DNA from: the human T2T-CHM13v2.0 reference genome, Homo sapiens
Length of the DNA stretch: 64,000 nucleotides
NCBI RefSeq assembly: GCF_009914755.1
Contig: NC_060925.1
Strand: one strand, 5' to 3'
The notes under the pieces were generated by a model that ran no database searches, was not told the origin of the DNA, and worked only from the letters and a program-made list of their open reading frames with translations. Every line of letters begins with the position of its first letter. The first letter of the stretch is position 1. The position numbers were made by a program, and so were the translations under genes. This document shows positions 41,032 to 54,960 of the stretch, in pieces.

Positions 41032-42191
41032 TTATTTGCACTCTTGCTGATTGTCTGTCTCCCCTAACTAGGTCATGAGCTCCAAGAGGGCAGCCACGTC
41101 CCCAGTGTTCAAAGCAGCACTGGTGCAGAGAGAGTGGGCCTGTGACTTGCTGGTTGAATGAGTGGGCATGCAGACGGTGCCATCCTGTGGGTCCTGGGGC
41201 AGCCTGGGGAGGAGGTCATCCATCTACTTGCTCATGACCTTCTACAGATTGAGTTCCTGGGTTTTTAGGGACAGCTGGACTCCATTGAGGCAAACGTATG
41301 TTGAACTAGTGAAGTTGCAAAGAGGTAGCCATGCCTATTGCTTCCCTTGAGGTATTCATGGTTACTCTTGATATTAACTTTACTATCTCATTTATCCTGG
41401 CAGACAGAAATAGCGAGCCCATTCCCCAGTTCATGCAGCAAAGGAAGCAGAGGCTTAAGAAGGCGAAGTCCCTCTCAGGTTCACACGAATGGAGCTGGGC
41501 GGTGTCCCTCCCCAAACTCAGAGCCTGTCTCCAAGCTCAGGACTTGTTCCAGGAGCCCCACTCGGCACTCAGGTCCTAGACACAGATCATCTATGCCCAC
41601 AGAGGGGCTGCTTTATTTCTGGACTTTCACTTCTATCCGCGCACCGTGGGATGTTGTGCAAGTCACTCTCCTCCCTGAGCCTCAGTTTCCTTACCTGTGC
41701 TGTGTGCATGAAAGTTTCCACTTGCCTGCTTCACAGGAGGGTGACCACATGGGTACATAATCTGACACGGGGCCATGCAAACAGCAGGTGTTCACACCTG
41801 AGTTGCTGCTTCCTCTTTCCTATCTGGGCTACTGATGTGCAGAGTGTTACAGAGAGAAGAGGTGGCCCAAGGAGCTACTCTGACGTTGGGTGCAGAGGGC
41901 AGGCAGGGAGACCCACTGGTGGGAGTGACGCAGATGTGGGGCAGCAGGAAGGAGGCCCAAGGGCAGGAGGTGAGAATGAAAGAGGTGAGTAAGGCCACCT
42001 AGAGCCAAGCAGAGCCACTCTGCAGGAGGAGTGAGAACAGCACCGACTTGCCGTGTCATACAAATGATAAACAATAATAATAACATGTGTTTGTGTGTAA
42101 TGAGAAGGACTACAGAGACCGAATTACCTTGGTAATAGCTTGAGGATGTCAGGGACTCATTTGTTTCTTGAGGGAGGAGTTGAGGATTGCA

Positions 42192-42192
<1 letters not shown>

Positions 42193-42222
<30 letters not shown>

Positions 42223-42508
42223 CCTCTCCCTCTCCCCCTCTTTTCCCTCTCTCTCTTTCCCTCCCTCTCTCTCTCCCCTCTCCCTCTTTTTATCCCTCTC
42301 CCTCTCTCTCCTTCTCCGTCCTTCTCTTTGTCCTTTTCCCTCTCCCTCTCTTTCTCCCTCTCCCTCTCTCTCTCCTTCTCCCTCTCTCTCTCCCTCTCCC
42401 CCATTTTTTCTCTCCCTCCCTCTTTTTCTCTCCCTCCATCTCTCTCTCCCTCTTCTTCCTTCTTTCTCTCCCTCTCCCTCCCTCTATCTCTCTGTCTCTC
42501 TCTCTCTG

Positions 42509-42554
<46 letters not shown>
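42193..42554 (+). repeat. CT-rich polypyrimidine tract followed by (AC)22
   Basis: CT tract 42193-42507; AC repeat 42511-42554. Confidence 0.96.
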
Positions 42555-42556
<2 letters not shown>

Positions 42557-42664
42557 GATGTTGCTCAAGGTAGGAAGAGGGAGGATGAAGCCCTGGCAGA
42601 GAGCAAAGCCCAAGCCTGTGCTGGCGGGTGTTGAAGGCATAGCCCTGTGGGGCTCAGAAGGGGA

Positions 42665-43075
42665 GCATGGTGGTCAACATTGCAGCTCATCAAACATTCC
42701 TGCTTTCACCTTAGGGCCACCAGGTGGGTTTGCATTTCCTGGCCCCCTTGTAGTTGCTGGTCCATCGAGTTTCTGGGGGAAGTGATGCATGTCGCCTATG
42801 TGCTGCAGCTCTTCATGGCTGTTGCAAGACCCTGTAGAATTCCTTGCCCTTTGCTGCAGTGACTGTGGAAGTAGATGTAGACTTGACAGGTCTGTCAGCC
42901 TGGGTCCTGTAAGACGATAAGGCAGCTGAGACCCCTGTTCTGATGGATGCACAGCCGGAGAAAGAAATGTTTGTTGATATAAGCCACAGGTGGAGAAAGA
43001 AATGTTTGTTGATGTAAGCCACTGAAGTCGGGGATCATTGTCACTGCAACATGACTCATCCTGTCCTGACTAACA
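42665..43075 (+). mobile_element. Old MLT1 LTR with 35-bp internal tandem duplication
   Basis: TTGCATTTCCTGGCCCCCTTG..GAGAAAGAAATGTTTGTTGAT.TAAGCCAC twice..CATCCTGTCCTGACTAACAC. Confidence 0.72.
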
Positions 43076-43869
43076 CGGGTCCCTGCTTTGGGGCCAGCTC
43101 TAAGAAGGTGATCCCCAGGTCAAGGACTGCACAGTTGTTCAGAACCACAGCTCCTAAACACGTATTTCCTGGTCAGATGGAAACTCCCCAAACCTCCAAG
43201 GTAGAAGAGGGATCCCTCAGCCTTGAACCATTTGCTGGGCGGGTCCTGGCATTGCTTTCTTTTGCTAGCCATGACATTGCTCCAGGGGTTACAAGTCACT
43301 GCTCAGCTCAGGAAATAAAAATCAGACAGAATGTCCAGTATCATGGAGACAGAAGGTGATCCGTCAGCTGAACTTGGTTTTTTCAATTACTTTTTAGGTC
43401 ATCAGATGTCAGAGCACTGTGGCTTTGGGAGACAGCCTGGAACATTATCCAGGTTGGTCCAAAAAGTGGCGATTGTCATTAACTATGATCTCATCTCAGC
43501 CCCTTAAGATGAGGTGGGAAATTGAGGCTCATGTTTTCAAGGTCATACGGACACATTATGGTGTTTTGAATGTCCCTGGAACCTCCCTAAAGCCTCTCTC
43601 CATTTTCCCCAGCTCTGAGGTCTCCAAGAACCTGAGTATTACCTTCATATCTTATTTAGGGTGGCACAAGGGGTGAAGTGAACTTTGAGAGACAAAAACT
43701 CATACCTGAGGCTTGAGTCTGAGAGGCTGGATCACGCTGCACACCCTCCTGCCAGGTGGGTGAAGATCCAGCCGGCTCTCTGCCTCCCTGTTCATCATCT
43801 GGAAGCTCAGCTGGAATCTCACCCCTAAAGTTTCTCGCTGTTTGGGGTGAGCCAGAGTCTGGGAATTCT

Positions 43870-44000
43870 TTTCTGTAACCTCTCCACCTCTGCTCTCGTA
43901 AATAATCCACTCTTGGCCTTTCTTGCTGGGAGGTGTTACGCTTCAGGCCTTGAATCATGCCTGCAGCCTGTCTCTGGACCCCTTCCAGGTGCCACATCGC
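43870..44000 (-). mobile_element. Ancient CR1-family LINE ORF2 C-terminal fragment
   Basis: Minus frame LEGVQRQAAGMIQGLK..SQQER..REQRWRG versus CR1 LExVQRRATKMIKGLE..SYEERL..EKRRLRG. Confidence 0.65.
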
Positions 44001-45069
44001 TTGGCAGCTCTGCATAGATTGTGCCTTCACTGCTTCCCCTGGTCCATATATTATACACTCACGTAGTCACCCTAATAGCCCTCACCACCTAAAAACATAA
44101 ATCATGCTGAAAAAAGGAGCAAAGTGCTTGAGCATCTTAAGCTGGAATAAAAATAACGGTAGCGAACGCTGAGGCAGGGTTTGCTCTGCGCCAGGGACTG
44201 CTGAAAATGCTCCAGACACATTGACTTATTTCCTCCTCGTGACAACCCCAAGGGCTGGTGTGATAATTTTTCTGCTTAGGAAATTGAGGCTCAGAGCAGT
44301 TAAGCAACTTGCCCAGAGTCACACAGGGATGAGCATCAGAGACAGTACCTAAAGCCTGTGTGCTCTGCCTTGAGTCTCCCTCCTTCCCCAGTATACTACG
44401 TGCCTTTCTGGAAGGAACCAGTGGGGTCCTCAAATTCAATTCTATTTGGAGATACAGCACAGAAAGACAAAATGACTTTCTCTCACTCCCACAGAAAGTT
44501 AGTGGCAGACTTAGGAACGGATCCACTCCCCATCAGTTCTATTCCATGAGCCCTACATCCCTCCCATGGAGCATCCTTTGATCTGTGCCAGGCTGCATGG
44601 CTCTGTCATCTCTCTTCCCTGCTGCACCTCCAGGGCTTCCTCCTTATCCCCAAAGACTCAGCCCCCCGTGGAAGAAATGGCCCGCTCTTCCTTCCAGGGA
44701 ACCATACTAAGCAATCTGCTTTTCTCCCAGGCACATCTGGAAGTGGTTCAGAAATGGCACAGAACAGCAAGAGAGATGCATCCCCAACGACCGTCCTCTG
44801 TGCTGGAGCTGCCAGCCATGGAGGACATGCTAACAAGAGGGAGGGGGTTACCACCAGGCCAGGACCTGGTACAGCCGCTAAAAATTCTTCAGAAGAGACT
44901 AGAGCTGTACTCTGCTTGATTGCACCTGGTTTCTTGACCTACCTAAGCCCAGACTCCTGTAGTCTTCCCCTTAAACACCTCTGCTTGCCAAACAGGCAAT
45001 GCTGGTCCTGAGACAGAAATTCCTACTTACCAAGGAATCCTAGAGTAGAAAAATAAAATAAAATAAAAT

Positions 45070-45578
45070 TGGGAGCTAAGCTATTTGGACGCAAAAGCAT
45101 AGGAATGCTATAATGGACTGAGCGCGGTGGCTCACGCCTGTAATCCCAACACTTTGGGAGGCTGAGGCGGGCGGATCACAAGGTCAGGAGTTCGAGACCA
45201 GCCTGGCCAACATGATGAAACCCCATCTCTACTAAAAATACAAAAATTAGCCAGGTGGCGCATGCCTGTAACCCCATCTACTCAGGAGGCTGAGGCTTGA
45301 ACCCAGGAGGCTGAGGCTGACGTGAGCTGAGATCTCGCCACTGCACTCCAGCCTGGGTGACAGAGAAAAAAAAAAAAAGGATGACACAATGGACTTTGGG
45401 GACTTGGGGAAAAGGTGGGAGGAAGGTGAGGGATAAAAGACTATACACTGGGTAGAGTGTACACTGCTTAAGTGATGGGGGCACCAACATTTCGGAAATC
45501 ACCACCAAAGAACTTATTCATGTAATGAAACATCACCTGTTCCCCAAAAACCTATTGAAATAAAAAATAAAATAAAAT
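45070..45578 (+). mobile_element. L1PB 3' end split by an Alu
   Basis: TGGGAGCTAAGCTAT..AATGGACT | AATGGACTTTGGGGACTTGGGG..GAAATCACCACCAAAGAACTTATTCATGTA..CCTATTGAAATAAAA. Confidence 0.9.
45115..45378 (+). mobile_element. Alu (AluS-like) inside L1PB
   Basis: GCGGTGGCTCACGCCTGTAATCCC..GGATCACAAGGTCAGGAG; poly(A). Confidence 0.95.
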
Positions 45579-45694
45579 AGATACAATGGGGTGGGGGCCT
45601 GAGGCAAAAACAGGTTCCAGCTAGGGGATAGGTAAGTCTCAAGGATCTTTTGGAAAACAGGTAAGAAGTAGAATTAGGAAGAAAGCCCCCAGAG

Positions 45695-46020
45695 CTCTGA
45701 ATTTACCTCCTCAATGACATACCATGGAACATTACAACTAATCAGCTATGCAATGATTTTTATTATATAAGCCAATAAAATGGGAAAATTACATTTTCAC
45801 TGTTAACTGTTAGACTGAGTTTTTTGAACCTTATATTTTATAGCCTCATGGTTTCTCAATTTTTTTTAAATATGTTCTTTCAGATTGGGAAAAGTCCCTT
45901 TTAAACATTCTGCATACAGCATGCAATAGATAGCATTATTGTTCATAAGTTTTCACTGACCTGCATTCCTCTTTGCCATATAATGTACAGCAGAGAAGGC
46001 ACTGCACAGCTTTCTGCACC
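45695..46020. promoter_or_regulatory. Candidate enhancer (AT-rich unique block)
   Basis: CTAATCA, CCAATAAAA (HOX13-type), GGGAAAAGTCCC (kB-like), ATTGTT (SOX); no recognisable repeat. Confidence 0.35.
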
Positions 46021-46036
46021 ATTGAGTTTGGGAGTG

Positions 46037-46436
46037 TGTATTAGTCTATTCTTGCACTGCTGAAAAGAAATACTTAAGACTGGGTAATTTCTAAGAAAAG
46101 AGATTTAATTGGCTCATGGTTCTGCAGGCTGTACAGGAAGCATAGCAGCATTTGCTTCTGGGGAGACCTCAGGAAGCTTCCAATCATGGCAGAAGGTAAA
46201 GAGGGAACAGGCATGTCACATGGCAAAAGCAGGAGCAAACAAGAGGGAGCTGGGGTGGAGGTGCCATACACTTTTAAATGACCAGATCTTGCGAGAACTC
46301 ACCATCATGAAAACAGCACCAAGTCATGAAGGATCCACCCCATGACTGAAACGCCTCCCTCCAGACCCCACCTCCAGCAGTGGGGATTACAATTCAACAT
46401 GACATTTGGGCAGGGACAAATATCCAAACTGTACTA
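46037..46436 (-). mobile_element. MST (MaLR) solo LTR
   Basis: TGTATTAGTCTATTCTTGCACTGCT..TTAATTGGCTCATGGTTCTGCAGGCTGTACAGGAAGCAT..GGGACAAATATCCAAAC. Confidence 0.92.
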
Positions 46437-47134
46437 GTGTGGCGCTGTGACTTGCTTGGGTGACTTGCAGTACGCGGTGTGTGTTTCTACTTGTCCTTTG
46501 CAAAATTTCGGTCTTCTGTCATGAACAGGGCGTGCCCCAGGTTTCCCGGTTCTGAGATGAGAGAAATGTGGAATAGACCTAAACCTAATCCACAGCTGGA
46601 GACTGCAGCCTGGAGCCCCATCGTGCCAAGTTGCAGCTGGTCCACAGACCCATGAGCACAGAGTAGGTGCTGGTTGTTAGCCATTGTGATTTTGGGTTGA
46701 TATGCAGCTTTATTGCAACAAAACCTGACTAGTTTGATGCATACACTTATGGGCACAGAGAATCTTAGAATCTCAAGTTTCGAAGAAATGACTTTTTATT
46801 AATGATAATGACCATCATTGATCGAGGGCTTATTAAGTGCCAGGCTCTGTACTAGATCATTTATATGCAGCATCATTTTCTATTGGGTAAATGGAAACTC
46901 AGAGGGGTCAGGTAGCTCGCCCAAGGTCACTTAACTAATTAGTGATAGAATCGGAATGTCAATCTCAGGTCTGGCTGGCTCCAAAAGCCCCACTCATCCA
47001 CGCTGACCTCACTTCTTGGGGTTGGCCCACCTCAACCTTCCCTGCTCCAGGCCTCTCTGACATTGACTCATCCTCCAAGATCCTTGCCAAGGTTTCCATC
47101 AGTGTGCTTTGGAGTCCTTTCATTAAATAAAAAG

Positions 47135-47400
47135 GAGCTTATCTCCTCCCCCATGAAGGGCACTTCACCTTTAAGCATTTCTGGTTATTGGAAATTCTTC
47201 CTTGTATTGAACCAAAACCTTTCCCTCTGAAACATCTGTTCTTTGGTTCTGAATTTTTCCCCTGCTTGGGACTATTTAGAAAAATGGTGATGTCTTTTCC
47301 ACATCCCAGCTTTTCAAATACTGCAAGAAAGGTTTTACATTCACCCCATGTTTTCCCTTCTCTGGACTAAACACCCCTACTTCCTCTAGCTGTCCTCAAG
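47135..47400 (-). mobile_element. L3/CR1 3' fragment
   Basis: GGAAATTCTTCCTTGTATTGAACCAAAA..TTCAAATACT..CTTCTCTGGACTAAACACCCC. Confidence 0.7.
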
Positions 47401-47404
47401 AAAA

Positions 47405-48436
<1,032 letters not shown>

Positions 48437-48719
48437 CCAACTGGCCTTCTTATCCTGGCTATGTGATCTTCAGATAGCCTCCACACACGCATACACAATG
48501 CATTCATATTCGCAAGGTGTGCACAGATGCCCACACATGCATACTTGCCTAACAATACGCGAGTTATATGGACAGATAAGAAATCCCCCTTGACTAGGTT
48601 TTAGAAGACCCGCAATCTACTAGGAGAAATCACTGTGGCAAAGAAGAAGCTGGTTCCACTTCATCACCATCCTAATTCTGCACTTATATGAGTGGGTAAA
48701 ACATAAAAGTGAGTTGCTC

Positions 48720-49115
48720 ATCGTGGAAGACTGGATTATGTGTCTGCCTCTTGACTTCCTGGCATGTTTGATAGGATTATACCTCCACACTCTTGGGCAT
48801 GCTTCTTTGCAATGCCCTCCCACGGTGGCATGACTGTACATCTCCATCTCTTGAGCTGGGGCTCAGTCATGTGTCTTGTTTTGGCCAACTGGAAGCCAGC
48901 AGATGTGGCTCAAGCAGTCTTGAGATGCACTGGCGCCATTCAGCCTGTGCTCTTTCCCTTCTGTCGAACCTGGGAAGAGAATGGAGGCCCACGTGGAGCA
49001 GCACAACCTTGGCCGAGCCCAGCCTCGGTCAGCAATCCACAGCCACCATGAACTAATTAAATGCTGTTGTGGGCCATGGAGATTCTGCAGTTGTCTGATA
49101 TGCAGCCTTAGTTAA
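48720..49115 (+). mobile_element. Old MLT1 LTR
   Basis: TCTTTGCAATGCCCTCCCAC..GGGCTCAGTCATGTGTCTTGTTTTGGCCAA..TTAAATGCTGTTG. Confidence 0.65.
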
Positions 49116-51747
49116 CCAAAACCCTCATCATTGTCATCATCACCATCACTCTCTTAACAATAGCTACCACGTATGGAGCATTTCACCATCCCTCTGTAGT
49201 AGACAGCTTTATTATCTCTGTTTTGCAGTGGGAATCTGAGGCTCAGAGAGGTGAAGAGACTTTCCCAAGGCCACACAATTAGCAAGAGGAGTGATCATAG
49301 TTTATACTTAGGTCTCTCTGACTCAAGAGCTCATGCCCAGCTGGGGTAGTGGTGGGAGGAGCCTTTTAAAGCACATTTTAAAATCACTGTGTTCTATCAG
49401 TATTTGTTAAAGCTGTGATGAAAAGCATCAGAGGACGCAGATGTCACACTCACAAAACTGTTCAGTGGTCAGACAGATATGCAGGGGAATAGCCGAAGGG
49501 TGAGGTCTTTTACTAGGCTCACTCCTGTGTGGTCAGCTCAGGCTGGCCAGTGGATTTTCTCCCTAATGTTAGAATCTGACAATGAAACTGCTATCTTGTG
49601 TTCATGGGGCTAGAAACCATCAGAGATTCGGAACAGGTCAAAGCTGGGTTGGAGTCGTGGCTGGACCTCTTACCAGAGGCGTGTCCTCGGGCAAATCATT
49701 GAATCACCTGAGGCTCCATTCCCTCATCTGTAAAATGGAAAGGAGAAAATCCCTCCATGCTGGTCCCCAGTTTGTTGTTAGGAACAGAGGGAACGAGGGA
49801 TGCAAAGAGTTTGTAAATAATGAAACCCTCCACAGACGTTGGTGGTTGTCACTTTTCTTGTTATGATGACAGCCTGGGTCCCTCTTGCGACCAAGCAAAG
49901 ATGCAAACGGCTCCAAACCAGCAGCACAGATCTCCCAGATGATCCTGTACCAAGAGGGATGGGCAGGAAGGAGGCAGAGAGTGAGAGCCTGGGATGTGAA
50001 GGCAGTGAGAAGGATCAAGGTCTCTCGGGTCTCGGGACCACCCTTCAGGTTGGCTAAGCCCATGATGGGTTCTAGCGGGAGCTCGTGTTGTTTCTTTGCC
50101 TTCCCACCCCAGCCTGGGAAGACCTGCATTTGGGAGAGGAACGTTCCCATCTCACCACTCAGAGAGAGAAGCCTGAATTGCAGAGACCATGAGGATGGCT
50201 GAGTAGACTCTGAAGCTCCAGGAGAGCCCAGTCAAATTCTACTTCTGAGGGCCAGAGCATGCTGCGGCCCCGAGAGCGGGAACATAGGGTTGGGAGGCCT
50301 TCCTGAATGTCCCGCGTGCTGCAGAACAGCCGGAAGGAGGCCTCTGCCTTGACCTTCAGCTTTTATGTGCTTTAGCTTCTGCGAAAGCTCTTTCATTTCT
50401 CCCCAGAACAGCACCTGACAGCTCTCCTCACTCCTCTGTATGCGAGGGTTTCTTTGTTTGGCTGAATAAAGAAGCTTGTTACCAGAGAAAATGCCTTGGT
50501 AAGTGTCAGTGAAGATATCTGTTTCCTTGAAGAAACTCCCATAAAACCTTCCAAGCTGCTGCTTCTGAGTCCCAGAGCCCCTTGGATCCAAAGACCTCTC
50601 TGTTTTCCACACTTTCTTTAGCCATTGCTTGGTGATTTTCCAAGTCTTTCTCCTGCCGCAGGAAAGGTGAGCCCTGCTTCTAGAATCCCTGGGGGCACTT
50701 GGCAAGTACCTTGTCTCCATCATTTTGCTTTCTTCATGGTTGACCTGAAGCCCAGGCCCCAGTGCTGGGGCAGGAAGGACAGTGAGTTTGGCTCAGGCAG
50801 GGTCAGCAGAAGGCATTCACCTGTGGTCAGCCCAGGGGTTCAGTTTTCCCAAGATTTGACTGGGTGTTCATGAAGTTTCTAGCACCTAGGCTTCGCCTGG
50901 CTCTAGAGAAGGCAACACCAGCGTGTCTGCCTGTGGGCTGAGGTGCCTGCTTCTCAGCAAAGATGTTTTCATCCACCCTCATTTTCCCTTCTTGTTTCTG
51001 TGCCCCTCAATCCCCACCTTCTTTGCAGCCCTGGGACCCACCTCTCTCTCTCACCTCTCAGTGCCTTTACACAAAGGACTGCCCTCCTGGGATGCTCCCT
51101 TTCTCTCATGGACCCAGCTCCAATATCACCTTCCCATGAAACCTTTCTTTACTGCCCAGGGACCCCCCCAGTCCCCTGTCTCTCTCATCTGTGCCTGCTT
51201 TTATTTTAGCACCTGCTGCATGATACCGCATGACCTACTCTCACGTCCGTCTCCTGCTAGGCAGGAGTTTCTTGGCTGTCAGGAGCTGGTCTCAGTGGCT
51301 GGTGCTCTGCAGGGGCTGTATCAATCTGGCTTTCTAAGGCTTCAAGGATGAATCTGTCCATGTTGCCTTTGGTGAGCGGAAGGAGAGTCACTGTGAGGAC
51401 AGAAAGGGCAGAGAGCTAGTATAGCTATACAAACATACTAGGTTCCAGAATGTACTAGGTTCATGAAAAACAGGAACAAATGCTCAGCAATAGTCCAGAA
51501 ATACCTAGGATGACCCAACCCACCTTCTGTGCAACCCCCAGCATCTAGACCACCTGACAGAGAGAATCTGAGGGTCCTGTTTGCTTCCATCTGGAACAAA
51601 GCATCATGACTAGGCAGGGTACCCCCAGCTCTCCTTAGAGGTTGTGGGCTTCCCTTACAGACGTGGCCTGCCTGGTATGCTGGGGATAGCAGGGTCTCCA
51701 CGCTCACGACACAGGCCAAAGCCAGTCTGTAGAAGGATACACCTAGG

Positions 51748-52051
<304 letters not shown>

Positions 52052-53839
52052 GGGATACACCTAGGTGTGTTTCCTCAAAGGGGATAGTGGCAGGGCAGGC
52101 CCCCAGTGACTCCTGGTCCCCTCTCCAGCAGCACACGCCTTTCAGAGTGGAAGGAAGGCGTCGGAAGGGGGCCTGGCTTCAAGATGGGAAAGTATCTGGC
52201 CTCACCAAGGGAACTGAGAAAGGCAGCAGGAAGGAAGTTGAGTGAAAGAAATGTGGAGTCCCCGTGGCATTCCAGAACCTGCAGGGGACCCGCAGAATCC
52301 TTCTCTTGGAGTCCCAGTTCAGTGCTTCCGTGGATGAAGTCTTAGTATCCAGAGTGCCCTGATTCCCAAGCAATAAAAATAACTATGGTGTGTTAGGCAT
52401 GCCATGTGTATGGGCGTGTATGATTCCATTTAATCCTCCTTGCAACCTGATGGGGTTAGGTCGTGGTCTTGTCCTACTTCACAGGTGCGCAAATGGCAGT
52501 TGGGTTGGTGAGTGGGGGTGCCCACTTGGGGGCGAAGTGACCTTCTTCAGGACATAGAAGGACCAGGCCTCTAGCCCAAGTAGACTCCGAAGCCTGTGCT
52601 CTTGACCTCTGTCTTACACCGCCCACATGGCATGTCCCAGCAGCCCTGGTTCCCAGACTCACCACTCCCCAGTCCCTGCCTCTGCCTGTCCCAGCTCCCT
52701 GAAAGCTGTCTCTTGTCTCTGGGCCATCTGAGGGGACTGTCCCACTTCATCTGCCTCGTGGTGTCCAGAGATGAGCCCCACTGTCAGCCTCAGGAATTGC
52801 CAGCCACTCCATAGTTCTTTGCTGCCCAGCAGACCTGGGACCACTCAAGGACATCTCAAGGACATGGAAAGGACATGGTCAAGTCTCAACACAACCTGCC
52901 AAAGGCTCACTGGCCCCGGGGTGGGCTTTGGCCTTAGCTGTCCTTTGGAGGTGTTTTTGTTCCTCCTCTGGGTCCTGAACTATGCCCACCCCCTGGCCCA
53001 ATGGGCTGGGGGACTCTGATACACCACCTCCCTCCGCAGTGACTCTTGCCCACACCCTAGACAGCCCCTTTGACTCCCCGACACTGACTGCCACAAACTG
53101 CTGGGCTCTGCCCTCCACCAAGTACTTCTGAGAGCAGACACGCTATCATAACACCAGCTGCTTTTCATGGAGGCAGGAATATGTGCCAGGCATAGGCTTG
53201 GTGGCTTCATGGTCTTATCGCTTCTAATCTTCATTGGGTCTCACTGTACAGATGAGAAAACTGAGACTTAGAGTGAGGAAATGACACTCCCAAGGTGGCA
53301 AGGCTGACATCGCAGGCTCTCTGACCTCAAAGCCCAGGCTCCCCTTATTCCCTGGACACTGTGTGTGGATGGACCACCTCCTCAAAGGTCATCTTTTGTC
53401 CTAGGCTTGGTGCTCCAGAGTGGGACTAAACTGCTCTCCAGTCAGGTGTTTTAACTTAGTATGTGTCCTGCATTGACAAGAGCTCAGAGTAAAACCACCA
53501 AGGACTCCAGCAATAGAGCCAGGATTTTACCCGTGAAGTGCTGTGCTTTGGCGTGGCTCCACCCTTCTCATATGTGGGTAGACCAGCTGATAGCCATGTG
53601 CAGCATAACAATCATAGTCATCAAAATGCAGACCAACACCTAATGAGCATTTCCTGGGTGCCTAGCACTGTGCCAAGCCCTTTTCATGCTGTAAGGTTAC
53701 AGAGAGAGGCATATCCTCCATTGCCTGGCATTAAGGATCCAGGGAACAGAGGGTCTCTTTGCTTTTCTCAGAAGCCTGGACATCTGATCTGTCACCAGGT
53801 CCACCCAGCCCAACCCAGCCCCATCTTCCCCCTTGCCTT

Positions 53840-54120
53840 TTCCAGATGACATAATGAGATTTTTGCTTTGCTGCAAAAGTGGGGAGGGGAAAAACACCCT
53901 CAACAACCAACAAGAAATAATTAGCGCACATTGTGTCATTAAACACTAGACTTCAATTAAATCGCATGGAGATAAATACCTCTAACGACTGGAAATGTGG
54001 GGACCATAGACAGCAAAGCACTCAGCATAATGGAGTAATAGACTCCACAAATAGCGTCAAGTCAGGGATTCTGACTTGATTAAGAATCTGCCTAAATTGG
54101 GTTGTCACCTCGCATGCTGC
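53840..54120. promoter_or_regulatory. Candidate enhancer with homeodomain motifs and two short inverted repeats
   Basis: TAATTAG, CATTGT, TCATTAA, CAATTAA, TGATTAA; IRs at 54031-54047 and 54057-54079. Confidence 0.4.
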
Positions 54121-54429
54121 ACCTACTACCTGAAAATTGCTCATTATCTTCCCCATTTGATCTTCTTGGAGCTAACAAGCCTTTGTGGAAATCGGTCTAG
54201 TGATCAAAGGACCCATTTATTTGGAAGTCTTTCCCTTGTCGGGGTCCTCGCGGCTGGTGTCTCCTTCCTCCCTTTTTTTTATTTGTGATGAATCGTCACC
54301 TGGCAACAGCCTGTGTTGAGGTCGGGCTGGAGGTGACCTCTGTGTTTTTTGAGACGACCGTCCCTTCTGTAATCCTTACTATGGGGGCCAGGGTGCCTGG
54401 CTCCAGAGGGCAACAAGGAGGTCTCTCTC

Positions 54430-54960
54430 TTGTCTTTTCCACCCTATCAGCAGTCAGCCACCAAATCCAATCCCTGATGCCCCCTTTGCATCTGACCTCT
54501 CTGCCTTATGTTTGCTGCTGCTGCCCAAGGTCAGCACACCCTGTGTCAGCAGAGTGTAAGAATATCCAACCACTTTCCTCATCTCTCTCCCGCTCTGGCT
54601 GGAGTGACACTTCTAAAGCACTGCTCTGATTAAACAGCAAGTCTTCCTCATTTCCTACAAGAAGACAAGCAAGTTCCTTAGTCGGCTTTCAGAACCTTCT
54701 CCATTCTGATCCCAACCTACCTCTCCAGTCCCCCAATGGATACGTCTACAGTTTTTTCTGGAAAGCCTCTGTGCTCCGTCACACTGAGCTGCTCATGTTC
54801 CCTAACCCTACCCTACCTTTTCACAAACCTCTTAGCCTTTGCTCATTCTGTTCCTTCCACTCACTATGTTTTTCCTCATTGGCTCAGCCTGTCAATGTTA
54901 TATGCACTCCTCAGGGCCTGCCTAGAATATTCCTCAGCCATGAAGGCTTCTGTAAAAGTT
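54430..54960 (+). mobile_element. L2 fragment
   Basis: CAGTCAGCCACCAAATCC..GCCTTTGCTCATTCTGTTCCTTCCAC..TCCTCAGCCATGAAGGCTTC. Confidence 0.6.

Noticed and set aside
41785-41800. CAGGTGT-TC-ACACCTG inverted repeat (T-box/E-box-like)
   Set aside because: Short, in a degraded MIR tail, within chance expectation for 64 kb
41847-42640. Overlapping 113-235 aa RE-rich or LS-rich ORFs
   Set aside because: Translations of the CT/CA microsatellite
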